The notes below the pieces were generated by a model. That model was not told the origin of the DNA. It searched no databases and was given only the letters and a program-made list of their open reading frames with translations. Of a stretch of 36,002 nt of DNA, positions 15,779-24,492 are shown one piece after another. A program made the position numbers and the translations under genes. Every line of letters starts with the position of its first letter. Position 1 is the first letter of the stretch. The DNA comes from Pseudomonadota bacterium (lineage in GTDB: Bacteria > Pseudomonadota > Alphaproteobacteria > Rhodospirillales > 2-02-FULL-58-16): the NCBI GenBank assembly GCA_022572335.1, contig JACZWD010000002.1, positions 1 through 36,002 on the forward strand. Reading direction: 5' to 3'.

Positions 15779-18700
15779 CTACCCCGCCGCAATCGCCGCG
15801 AGTTCGCCGAGCAGGTGCTGGACGCCGGCGAGGCGGGCGTCCGGGTCGTCCCAGGCGCGCCCGTAGACCAGCCTGTGGTCGGGCCGCAGCTTGACCGTTC
15901 CGGCTTGCGCGACGATGAAGTCCACCAGCCCGGCCGGGTTGGCGAATTGGGCGTTGCGGAACGACACCACCGCGCCCTTCGGTCCGGCCTCCACCTTGTC
16001 GACGCCGGCGTCCAGGCACAGGCCCTTGATGGCCACGGATTTGAGCAGGTTCTCCACTTCCGGCGGCAGGGCGCCGAAGCGGTCGATCAACTCGGCGGCG
16101 AAGGCGTCGATCTCACCCGCGCCCCGAAGCCTGGCGATGCGCCTGTACAGCCCCATGCGCACGGACAGGTCGGCGACGTATTCCTCGGGGATGCGCACCG
16201 GCATGCCGATGCTGATCTGCGGGCTCCACTCCCCGTCGGCGGCCCCATCCCCGCCGCGCGCCTGGGCCACCGCCTCTTCGAGCATGTGCTGATAGAGCTC
16301 GATGCCGACCTCGCGGATGTGGCCCGACTGCTCCTCGCCGAGCAGGTTGCCGGCGCCGCGGATGTCGAGGTCGTGGCTGGCCAGGGAGAACCCGGCGCCG
16401 AGGGTGTCCAGGGTCTGCATCACGTCGAGGCGTTTCTCCGCCGCCGGCGAGAGCCTCTGGCGCGGTGGCAGGGTCAGGTAGGCGTAGGCCCTGACCTTGG
16501 AGCGCCCGACCCGGCCGCGCAACTGGTAGAGCTGGGCCAGGCCGAACCTGTCGGCACGGTGGATGACGATGGTATTCACCGCCGGCAGATCGAGGCCCGA
16601 TTCGATGATGTTGGTGGACAGCAACAGATCGTAGGCGCGGTCGTAGAAGGCGGCCATGGCGGACTCCAGCCGCCGCGCCGCCATGCGCCCGTGCGCCATG
16701 ACCATCTTCACCTCGGGCACCAGGTCGCCGAGCCGCTTGGCCAGTCCGTCCATGTCCTCGATGCGCGGACAGACGTAAAAGGTCTGGCCGCCCCGGTAGT
16801 GCTCGCGCAGGATCGCCTCGCGGATGACCACCGGATCGTAGGGCAGCACGAAGGTGCGCACCGCGAGGCGGTCCACCGGCGGCGTGGCGATCAGGCTCAT
16901 CTCGCGCACGCCGCTCAGGGCCATCTGCAGGGTGCGCGGAATGGGCGTCGCGGTGAGCGTCAGCACGTGCACGTCGGCTTTCAGTTTTTTCAGCTTCTCC
17001 TTGTGGGCGACGCCGAAGTGCTGCTCCTCGTCGACGACCAGCAGGCCGAGATCGCGGAACCGGATGTCCTTGGCCAACAGCGCGTGGGTGCCGATGATGA
17101 TGTCCACGGTGCCGTCGGCGAGCCCCGCCTTGGCCTCCTTGACGCGGGGGCCGGACACCAGCCGCGAGATCTGCGCGACGCGCACGGGGAGGTCGGCGAA
17201 GCGCTCGGAGAACGTGTAGTAGTGCTGGCGGCAGAGCAGGGTCGTCGGCACCACGACCGCCACCTGCTTGCCGGCGAAGGCGGTGATGAAGGCGGCGCGC
17301 AAGGCGACCTCGGTCTTGCCGAACCCCACGTCCCCGCAGATCAGGCGGTCCACCGGGCGGCCGCCGCCCAGGTCGGTCACGACATCGGCGATGGCGTTCT
17401 GCTGATCCTCGGTCTCGGCGTAGGGAAAGCGGGCGCAGAATTCGTCGAACAGGCCCTCGGGCGGCGTCATCACGGCGCCGGGACGCACGCTGCGCGCCGC
17501 CGCCACGGCGATCAGCTCGTCGGCCATGTCGCGGATGCGCTTCTTCAGCCGCGCCTTGCGCGACTGCCAGGCGACGCCACCGAGACGGTCGAGCTGGGCT
17601 TCCGCCTGCTCCGAGCCGTAGCGCGAGATGACCTCGATGTTCTCCACCGGCAGGAACAGCTTGTCGCCGCCGTCATAGATCAGGCGCAAACAATCGTGCG
17701 GCGCGCCGGCCACCTGGATGGTGTCGAGCCCGTCGTAGCGGCCGATGCCGTGGTCCACGTGCACCACCAGGTCGCCCTGTTGCAGGGACGCGGCCTCGGC
17801 GATGAAGGCCTCGGCGCGGACCTTGCGCCGGGCGGGCCGGGTCAGGCGGTCGCCGAGGATGTCCTGCTCGGCGATCACCGCCAGGCCGGGCGCGGTGAAT
17901 CCGCGCTCCAGGCCGACCACGGCCAGGGCCACGGCGTCGGCGCCCAGGGCCGCCGCCCCGGCCCAGTCGTCCACGGCCTCGAGGTTGGCCATCCCGTGCT
18001 CGGCGAACAGCGATCCCAGGCGGTCGCGCGAGCCCCGGGTGAACGCCGCGATGACCACCCGGCGGCCGGCGTTTTGTTCGGCGGCGACGTGGTCGCGCAG
18101 CGCGTCGAAGACGTTGACGCCGGGTTGGGCGCGGGCGTCGCCGAAGTCCCTGCCCGGCCGCCCGCCGGCGTCCACCGCTCCGGCCTGGCCCTCGGGCGCC
18201 CCGAAGGGCGACAACAGGCCGACGGACCGGCGCTCCAGAGCCGTGTCCCACGCGGCCCCGTCCAGGTACAGCCGGTCCGGCGGCACCGGGTTGTAGAGGG
18301 TGCCGGCGGCGGCGAGCCCGGTTCCGGCGATGGTGGTGCGCGCCGCGTAGTACTCGGCGATGAGATCGAGCCGGGCGTCGCGCGCCGCCTCCGCCTGGTG
18401 ATCGAGGATGAGCGCCCAGCCGGGCACATAGTCGAGCAGGGTTTCCAGGCGTTCGTGGAAGAGCGGCAGCCAGTGCTCCATGCCCATGTGCCGGCGGCCG
18501 GCCGAGACCGCCTCGTACAGGGGATCGTCGCGCGCCGGCACCCCGAACAGGACCCGGTAGCCGGACCGGAAGCGCGCCACCGCCGCCTCGTCCAGCGGCA
18601 TCTCGCTCACCGGCTTGAGCGCCGTGCCCTGCAGCGTGCCGGTGGTGCGCTGGGTGGCGGGGTCGAAGGCGCGGATGCCCTCCAGGTCGTCGCCGAAGAA

Positions 18701-19258
18701 ATCCAGGCGCACCGGTTCGGCGCGGCCCGGCGGAAAGACATCGACGATGCCCCCGCGGACGGCGTATTCGCCGGGCTCCATGACCGTTCCCGAGCGCACG
18801 TAGCCGCTGCCGGAGAGGAACGCCACCAGCGCCTCGGGGTCCAGGGGCCGGCCCTGGGTGGCGTGCAGGGTAGCACCGTGGAAGACGGCGCGCGGCGGCA
18901 CCCGTTGCAGGAGCGCCGACACCGTGGTCAACACCACCCGCCCGGCCGCCTCGTCCGGTGCCGTTTCCAGAAGCCGGGTCAGGGTGTCGATGCGGCGGCT
19001 GACGATCTCGGCGTTGGGCGAAACCCGGTCGTAGGGCAGGCAGTCCCAGGCGGGGAATTCCAGGCGCTCGATCCGCGGCGCGAAGAAGGCGAGCGCCTCG
19101 GCCATGCGGGCCAGGCGCACGTCGTCGCGGGCGACGAACACGAGGCCGGCCGCGGCGTCCCGGGCGAGCTCGGCCATGAGCAGCGCGTCGAAGCCCTCGG
19201 GCGCCCCGGAGATCAGCAGCCGGCCGGGGCGTTCCAGCTTCTTCGTTAACAATTCCAA
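15779..19258 (-). CDS. mfd: Transcription-repair coupling factor Mfd
   Basis: 1159 aa. Helicase motifs LICGDVGFGKTEVA, VVDEEQHFGV and LTLTATPIPRT, a CarD-like region (GDLVVHVDHGIGRY), and QLYQLRGRVGRS. The start is TTG 19258 or 19252; there is no nearby ATG. Confidence 0.95.
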   Translation of the reverse strand: MELLTKKLERPGRLLISGAPEGFDALLMAELARDAAAGLVFVARDDVRLARMAEALAFFAPRIERLEFPAWDCLPYDRVSPNAEIVSRRIDTLTRLLETAPDEAAGRVVLTTVSALLQRVPPRAVFHGATLHATQGRPLDPEALVAFLSGSGYVRSGTVMEPGEYAVRGGIVDVFPPGRAEPVRLDFFGDDLEGIRAFDPATQRTTGTLQGTALKPVSEMPLDEAAVARFRSGYRVLFGVPARDDPLYEAVSAGRRHMGMEHWLPLFHERLETLLDYVPGWALILDHQAEAARDARLDLIAEYYAARTTIAGTGLAAAGTLYNPVPPDRLYLDGAAWDTALERRSVGLLSPFGAPEGQAGAVDAGGRPGRDFGDARAQPGVNVFDALRDHVAAEQNAGRRVVIAAFTRGSRDRLGSLFAEHGMANLEAVDDWAGAAALGADAVALAVVGLERGFTAPGLAVIAEQDILGDRLTRPARRKVRAEAFIAEAASLQQGDLVVHVDHGIGRYDGLDTIQVAGAPHDCLRLIYDGGDKLFLPVENIEVISRYGSEQAEAQLDRLGGVAWQSRKARLKKRIRDMADELIAVAAARSVRPGAVMTPPEGLFDEFCARFPYAETEDQQNAIADVVTDLGGGRPVDRLICGDVGFGKTEVALRAAFITAFAGKQVAVVVPTTLLCRQHYYTFSERFADLPVRVAQISRLVSGPRVKEAKAGLADGTVDIIIGTHALLAKDIRFRDLGLLVVDEEQHFGVAHKEKLKKLKADVHVLTLTATPIPRTLQMALSGVREMSLIATPPVDRLAVRTFVLPYDPVVIREAILREHYRGGQTFYVCPRIEDMDGLAKRLGDLVPEVKMVMAHGRMAARRLESAMAAFYDRAYDLLLSTNIIESGLDLPAVNTIVIHRADRFGLAQLYQLRGRVGRSKVRAYAYLTLPPRQRLSPAAEKRLDVMQTLDTLGAGFSLASHDLDIRGAGNLLGEEQSGHIREVGIELYQHMLEEAVAQARGGDGAADGEWSPQISIGMPVRIPEEYVADLSVRMGLYRRIARLRGAGEIDAFAAELIDRFGALPPEVENLLKSVAIKGLCLDAGVDKVEAGPKGAVVSFRNAQFANPAGLVDFIVAQAGTVKLRPDHRLVYGRAWDDPDARLAGVQHLLGELAAIAAG
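15850..15897. repeat. Right copy of the 48-bp direct repeat, inside the mfd coding sequence
   Basis: Encodes ...VKLRPDHRLVYGRAW... of Mfd and ends 71 nt upstream of the mfd stop. It matches 14942-14989 at 46/48 positions. Confidence 0.9.
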
Positions 19259-19262
19259 TTTC

Positions 19263-19514
19263 TTACAGGCTATTCTTAAAATTCCGAAGTAACTTCATGA
19301 CACCGTTGTCCAGGGCCGGCGGCACCGCCGTCCTGCCGGTGATCCAGTCGAAGAGGTCGTTGTCGTTCTCATCGAGCAGGGTTTCGAACTGCTCCAGCTG
19401 CTCGCCGCTCAGGTCGTTCAGGTGGCGCTGGGCGAAACCGCCGAGCAGGATGTCGGTCTCCTGCATGCCCCGGTGGCGGCTGCGGAACAGCACGCGCTTA
19501 CGGCGGGAATCCAC
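19263..19514 (-). CDS. sdhE: FAD assembly factor SdhE (succinate dehydrogenase assembly factor 2)
   Basis: RKRVLFRSRHRGMQETDILLGGFA...LSGEQLEQFETLLDENDNDLFDWITG matches the SdhE/DUF339 pattern. I chose GTG 19514, which is preceded by GGGGGAG. The 121-aa ORF that extends to 19628 would overlap the recG ATG. Confidence 0.8.
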   Translation of the reverse strand: MDSRRKRVLFRSRHRGMQETDILLGGFAQRHLNDLSGEQLEQFETLLDENDNDLFDWITGRTAVPPALDNGVMKLLRNFKNSL

Positions 19515-19626
19515 GGTTTTCTCCCCCAAGCCCGGAAACGCGACAGGTGCGTACTCGCGGGCCGCCTTCGGATGCCCTAGGATATAGAGCCTCGAGGCCC
19601 CGATGTCAGCCACGTAGCCTTCCGCC

Positions 19627-21708
19627 ATGCGCCCGGAAATCCTCTACCCCCTGTTCGCGCCCGTGACGACCCTTTCCGGCGTCGGGCCGCGCATCGCCAA
19701 ATCCATCGAGAAGGCGGCCGGGCCGCGCATCGTGGATCTGTTCTGGCACCTGCCCAACGGCATCATCGACCGCCGCCACGCGCCCTGCGTGGCCGACGCC
19801 GAGCCGGGGGTGGTGGCGACCATGACCGTGCGGGTGGTCCGCCACCAGAAGCCGGGCAATCCCCGCCGGCCCTACAAGGTGTACTGCGCCGATGATTCGG
19901 GCACCCTGGCGCTGGTGTTTTTCCATGCCCGGCCCGACTACCTCAGGCGCGTCCTGCCCGAGGGCGAGACCCGGGTGGTCAGCGGCACGGTGGAACGGTT
20001 CGGCCGGGAGATCCAGATCACCCACCCCGACCACATCGGCACCCTCGAAGAGCTCGGCCGCCTGCAGGCCGTCGAGCCGGTCTATCCCCTGACCGCCGGC
20101 CTCACCCTCAAGGTCCTGGGCAAGGCGGTCCGGGGCGCGCTGGAACAGGCGCCCGGGCTGGACGAATGGATCGACCGGGCGTTCCTCGCCCGCCACGGCT
20201 GGAAACCCTGGCACGCGGCGCTCGGCGAGGCCCACGCACCGGCCGACGCGGCGGCCCTGGAACCCACATCGTCGGCCCGGCAACGCCTCGCCTTCGACGA
20301 GCTGCTCGCCAACCAGCTGGCCCTGGCCCTGGTGCGCGCCAACATGCGGCGCGTCGCCGGCCGCGGCCTCGAAGGCGACGGGCGGCTGCGGCGCAAGGTC
20401 ACCGAAGCCCTCCCCTTCCGCCTCACCGGGTCACAGGAGAAGGCGCTCGACGACATCGCCGCCGACATGGCCGCCGACGCCCGCATGCTGCGCCTGTTGC
20501 AGGGCGACGTGGGCAGCGGCAAGACCGTGGTCGCCTTGCTGAGCATGCTCAACGCCGTCGAATGCGGCGCCCAGGCGGTGCTCATGGCGCCCACCGATAT
20601 CCTCGCCCGCCAGCACATGGCCACCATCGAGCCCCTGGCCGCGGCGGCCGGCGTCACGGTGGCGCTGCTGACGGGGCGCGAGAAGGGGCGGGCGCGCAAG
20701 ACCCTGCTCGACGACCTGGCCGGCGGCCAGGCGGCGCTGGCCGTGGGCACCCACGCGCTGTTCCAGGACGACGTCGCCTTCCACGACCTGGCCCTCGCCG
20801 TGATCGACGAGCAGCACCGCTTCGGGGTGCACCAGCGCCTGACCCTGGCCGCCAAGGGACGGGCCGCGGACGTGCTGGTGATGACGGCGACCCCCATCCC
20901 CCGCACCCTGATGCTCACCGCCTATGGCGACATGGACGAATCCAGGCTCCTCGAAAAGCCGGCCGGGCGGCCGCCCGTGGACACCCGGGTGATGCCGCTG
21001 GAACGCCTGGAAGAGGTGATCGCCGCCGTCGCCCGGGCCGCCGAAGGGGGCGCCAAGGTCTACTGGGTGTGCCCCCTGGTGGAGGAATCCGAAGCCCTCG
21101 ACGCCGCCGCCGCCGAGGAGCGCCACGGCCAGCTGGCGCGGGTTTTCGGCGAGCGCGTCGGACTGCTGCACGGGCGCCTGAAAGGCGCCGACAAGGACGC
21201 GGCCATGCAGGCCTTCGCCGCCGGCACGGTGGACATCCTGGTGTGCACCACGGTGGTCGAGGTGGGCATGGACGTGCCCGCGGCCACGGTGATGGTGATC
21301 GAACACGCCGAGCGCTTCGGCCTGTCCCAGCTTCATCAGCTGCGCGGCCGCATCGGCCGCGGCACCACGGCGTCCACCTGCCTGTTGCTGTACGCCGCGC
21401 CCCTCACCGAGACGGCGCGCGGACGGCTCGCCATCATGCGCCAGACCGACGACGGCTTCCGCATCGCCGAGGAGGACCTGCGCCTGCGCGGCGCCGGCGA
21501 GTTGCTCGGCACCCGCCAAAGCGGCATGCCCGAATTCCGCCTCGCCGACCTCGCCGCCCACGGCGAGCTGCTGGCGGCGGCCCGCGACGACGCCGGGCTC
21601 ATCCTGGCAAGGGATTCGAACCTCACCTCGGCCCGCGGCCGCGCCCTGCGCACCCTCCTTTACCTGTTCGAGCGCGACGCGGCGGTGAAGTACCTGCGTT
21701 CGGGGTAA
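19627..21708 (+). CDS. recG: ATP-dependent DNA helicase RecG
   Basis: 693 aa. N-terminal LSGVGPRIAKSIEKA, a wedge domain, LLQGDVGSGKTVVA (motif I), VIDEQHRFGV (motif II), MTATPIPRT, and QLHQLRGRIGRG. Confidence 0.95.
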   Translation: MRPEILYPLFAPVTTLSGVGPRIAKSIEKAAGPRIVDLFWHLPNGIIDRRHAPCVADAEPGVVATMTVRVVRHQKPGNPRRPYKVYCADDSGTLALVFFHARPDYLRRVLPEGETRVVSGTVERFGREIQITHPDHIGTLEELGRLQAVEPVYPLTAGLTLKVLGKAVRGALEQAPGLDEWIDRAFLARHGWKPWHAALGEAHAPADAAALEPTSSARQRLAFDELLANQLALALVRANMRRVAGRGLEGDGRLRRKVTEALPFRLTGSQEKALDDIAADMAADARMLRLLQGDVGSGKTVVALLSMLNAVECGAQAVLMAPTDILARQHMATIEPLAAAAGVTVALLTGREKGRARKTLLDDLAGGQAALAVGTHALFQDDVAFHDLALAVIDEQHRFGVHQRLTLAAKGRAADVLVMTATPIPRTLMLTAYGDMDESRLLEKPAGRPPVDTRVMPLERLEEVIAAVARAAEGGAKVYWVCPLVEESEALDAAAAEERHGQLARVFGERVGLLHGRLKGADKDAAMQAFAAGTVDILVCTTVVEVGMDVPAATVMVIEHAERFGLSQLHQLRGRIGRGTTASTCLLLYAAPLTETARGRLAIMRQTDDGFRIAEEDLRLRGAGELLGTRQSGMPEFRLADLAAHGELLAAARDDAGLILARDSNLTSARGRALRTLLYLFERDAAVKYLRSG

Positions 21709-21709
21709 A

Positions 21710-22507
21710 TCAATTCTTCTTGGTGACCAGGACCGGGGTGCGGTCCTTCTCGCGCAGGACGTCCAGGTCCTCGTAGGTGGCGGCCGAGACCTTGGGGATT
21801 TTCTGCTCCTCCAGGGGACGGCGGTCGGGGGGCGTGACGATGCCGCCCGAGATGACCATCTTGATGGCCTCTTCCACGCTCATGGACAGCGGCGCCAACT
21901 CCTTCCTGGGCACGAACAGCAGGAATCCGGACGTCGGGTTGGGCGTGGTCGGCAGGAAGATGTTGATGCATTCCTCCTCGGTGATGTTCTGGACCTCGCC
22001 CTCGGTGCGCCCGGTGATGAAGGCGATGGCCCACATGCCCCGCCTCGGGTATTCCACCAGCACCGCTTCGCGGAAGGCGTTGGACTGGTGGGCGAGGATG
22101 GTCTCGAAGATCTGCTTGAACGCGCCGTAGACGCCGCGGATCACCGGCATGCGCGCCAGCACCCCTTCGCTCGTGCGCACCCACAGGCGGCCCAGGATGC
22201 CCGCGGTCAGCGCCCCGATCAGGGTCAGGACGACGGCCATGACGAACAGCCCCAGCCCGGGCAGGGCGAACGGCAGGTACGTGGTCGGGTTGTACGCCTC
22301 GGGGATCAGCGGCGTCACCTGGCGGTCGACGAAGCTGATGAACAGCCAGGCCAGGTAAAGGGTGATGGAAATGGGCGCCGTGACCAGGATGCCGGCAAGG
22401 AAGTAGGCGCGCAACCGGGCGCTCAGGGTCATTTTTTTGGCCGGTTTCGGCCGGCCGGCCGGATTTCCGTCCGTCGCCGGCGGTATGTCGGGCGATGTGG
22501 TGCTCAT
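21710..22507 (-). CDS. DUF502-domain membrane protein
   Basis: Two TM helices, then VIRGVYGAFKQIFETI...REAVLVEYPRRGMWAIAFITG...NIFLPTTPNPTSGFLLFVPR, typical of DUF502. The stop lies 1 nt from the recG stop. Confidence 0.85.
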   Translation of the reverse strand: MSTTSPDIPPATDGNPAGRPKPAKKMTLSARLRAYFLAGILVTAPISITLYLAWLFISFVDRQVTPLIPEAYNPTTYLPFALPGLGLFVMAVVLTLIGALTAGILGRLWVRTSEGVLARMPVIRGVYGAFKQIFETILAHQSNAFREAVLVEYPRRGMWAIAFITGRTEGEVQNITEEECINIFLPTTPNPTSGFLLFVPRKELAPLSMSVEEAIKMVISGGIVTPPDRRPLEEQKIPKVSAATYEDLDVLREKDRTPVLVTKKN

Positions 22508-22720
22508 CTCACGCCGGGTCCCTGGGTTGCCGCGGCGGGACCAGCATTGTCCAGGCCCCGGCCAAAGGCAACGGCGGACTTGCCCGGCCGGTGGTTCATG
22601 GGGCGAGACACCCGGGAAATTCCTCCACGATTTGCCCCCGCGCCCGCTTGGCCGCGAGGCGGGACCCGTTGACCGGGGTGATAAGGCGAAGGGCCGCCTC
22701 CCGGGCCCTGGCGGGCGAAT

Positions 22721-24172
22721 TCACGCCGCCGCCTGGGCGCTGATATAGGCCGCGAACTCCTCCGCCGGGAGGGGACGGCTGAAATAAAAGCCCTGCACCT
22801 CGTCGCACCCCCGGGAGCGCAGGAACTCCACCTGCTCCTCGGTCTCGGCGCCCTCCGCGATCACTTTCATGTTCTGGCTGTGGGCCAGGGTGATGATCGC
22901 CTCCACCAGGCCCTGGCTTTCCGTGTCCTTGCCGATATCGACGACGAAGGAACGGTCGATCTTCAGGATGTTGACGGGAAAGCGCTTGAGATAGCCGAGA
23001 GAGGAGTAGCCGGTTCCGAAATCGTCCAGGGACAGGTTGATCCCCATGGTCCTGAATTCGCTCAGGATGGCCAGGGTACGATGATCCTCTTCCATAAACA
23101 GGCTTTCGGTGATTTCCAGGGTTATGTTTTTGGGATCGGCGCCGGTCTCCTTGAGGATCCGGTGTATCATGTCCTTGAAGGAAATGTCGCGGGATTGGCG
23201 CGCCGACAGGTTGACCGACACGTGCAGCGAGGACAACCCGATGTCGCGCCACGTCTTCATCTGATCGCAGGCGGTGCGGAACACCCACTCGCCGATGGGG
23301 ACGATCATCCCCGTGTCCTCTGCCAGGGGGATGAATTCGGCGGGTGCCACGATGCCGCGCTCGGGATGGTCCCACCGGAGCAGGGCCTCCGCGCTGGTCA
23401 CCCGGCCCGTCTTCAGATCGATGATCGGCTGATAGTGGAGGATGAACTGTTCGCGTTCGATCGCGTGGCGGAGCGCGTTCTCCAGCTCCAGGTATTCGAG
23501 GGCCTCGGCATTCATCTTCGCGGTGAAGAAGCGGAAGGTATTGCGGCCGCCCTCCTTGCTTTTGTACATGGCGGTGTCGGCGTTCTTGAGCAGGGTTTCG
23601 GCGTCTTCGCCGTCGTCGGGAAAGACGGTGATGCCGAGGCTGCCGGTCACCAGCATCTCGGCGCCGTCGATGACGAAGGGCTCGGCCAGGCGCTGCAGCA
23701 ACTTGCGCCCCACCAGTTCCGTGTTATGGGTGTTGTGAAGGTCGGGCAGGATGACCGTGAACTCGTCGCCGCCGAGCCGGGCCACCGTATCCGTTTCCCG
23801 CACGCAGTCGGTCAAGCGCCGGGCGGCCTGCTGGAGCAGTTTGTCACCGGCGTTGTGGCCCAAGGTGTCGTTGACCTTTTTGAAGCGGTCCAGGTCGAAG
23901 AACAGGACGGCGACCTGGGATTTGTCCCGGCGGCCCCGGGACAGGGCATGGGACAGGCGGTCCATGAACAGCGTGCGGTTGGGAAGCTTGGTCAGGGAAT
24001 CATAATTCGCCTGCATGCGCAGCTTTTCCTCCCCCTCCCGGATGGCGCGGTTGGCGGCCTGGGTCTCCTTCAACGCCGCACGCGCCGTCTCGGCGGAGAT
24101 CCGGCCCATCTGCGACCCATAGCGGTGCAACAGGGTGTCTCGTTTTTTCCGTCGGCGACGAAAGGTGTACAT
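22721..24172 (-). CDS. GGDEF-EAL protein (diguanylate cyclase/phosphodiesterase) with only a short coiled N-terminus
   Basis: RLGGDEFTVIL (GGDEF), EALLRWDHP (EAL), ITLEITES, and DDFGTGYSSL. ATG at 24172; the ORF-track start at 24187 is a TTG. Confidence 0.9.
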   Translation of the reverse strand: MYTFRRRRKKRDTLLHRYGSQMGRISAETARAALKETQAANRAIREGEEKLRMQANYDSLTKLPNRTLFMDRLSHALSRGRRDKSQVAVLFFDLDRFKKVNDTLGHNAGDKLLQQAARRLTDCVRETDTVARLGGDEFTVILPDLHNTHNTELVGRKLLQRLAEPFVIDGAEMLVTGSLGITVFPDDGEDAETLLKNADTAMYKSKEGGRNTFRFFTAKMNAEALEYLELENALRHAIEREQFILHYQPIIDLKTGRVTSAEALLRWDHPERGIVAPAEFIPLAEDTGMIVPIGEWVFRTACDQMKTWRDIGLSSLHVSVNLSARQSRDISFKDMIHRILKETGADPKNITLEITESLFMEEDHRTLAILSEFRTMGINLSLDDFGTGYSSLGYLKRFPVNILKIDRSFVVDIGKDTESQGLVEAIITLAHSQNMKVIAEGAETEEQVEFLRSRGCDEVQGFYFSRPLPAEEFAAYISAQAAA

Positions 24173-24292
24173 GGCGCGCCTGTGCAATGACCGGCGTCGA
24201 GCAGGGCCTGAAACGCCGTCCCCTACATAGCGGACCAGGCTCTAACCAATAGTTAACGGTTGGCCTCGATAATGGCCCTGGAAAGGCCCGGG

Positions 24293-24337
24293 AGGACGGC
24301 GCCGGACAGGACGGCGCCGGACAGGACGGCGCCGGGT
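24293..24337. repeat. 15-nt tandem repeat, about 3 copies (AGGACGGCGCCGGAC)
   Basis: Copies at 24293-24307 and 24308-24322 are identical. The copy at 24323-24337 matches 13/15. All lie in the divergent intergenic region. Confidence 0.9.
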
Positions 24338-24492
24338 GGGCGTTTTTCAACGGTTGGTTAACAATTCCCGTCGTAAGGTCATGTCCCTGCGCGACGCAGG
24401 CGGGAAGCGACGCACCCCTCCGCGGGGACCCCACGGGCGTGGCATCGCGGTTGAAACCCCCGGGGTCACCGGGCGAGATGGAGTACCTGAAT

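Noticed and set aside
15815-19249. 1144-aa plus-strand ORF covering almost the whole mfd locus.
   Set aside because: It is antisense to a clearly recognisable Mfd. Its composition is dominated by G/A/R/V/H/D/Q runs (for example GAPVDQPVVGPQLD...) with no motifs. This is a typical high-GC shadow frame.
19515-19628. Full-length 121-aa version of the sdhE ORF, whose ATG (19628) overlaps the recG ATG (19627) back to back.
   Set aside because: SdhE proteins are about 85 aa and the conserved region starts after GTG 19514, which has a GGGGGAG SD. The extension would remove all promoter space for two divergent genes.
24293-24337. Considered whether the 15-nt tandem repeat is a CRISPR array or part of a coding Pro/Ala/Ser repeat (PAPSCPAPSC in ORF 24000-24581).
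   Set aside because: The copies are directly adjacent with no spacers and there are only three, so it is not a CRISPR array. The enclosing 193-aa ORF is junk-like and lies in a divergent promoter region.
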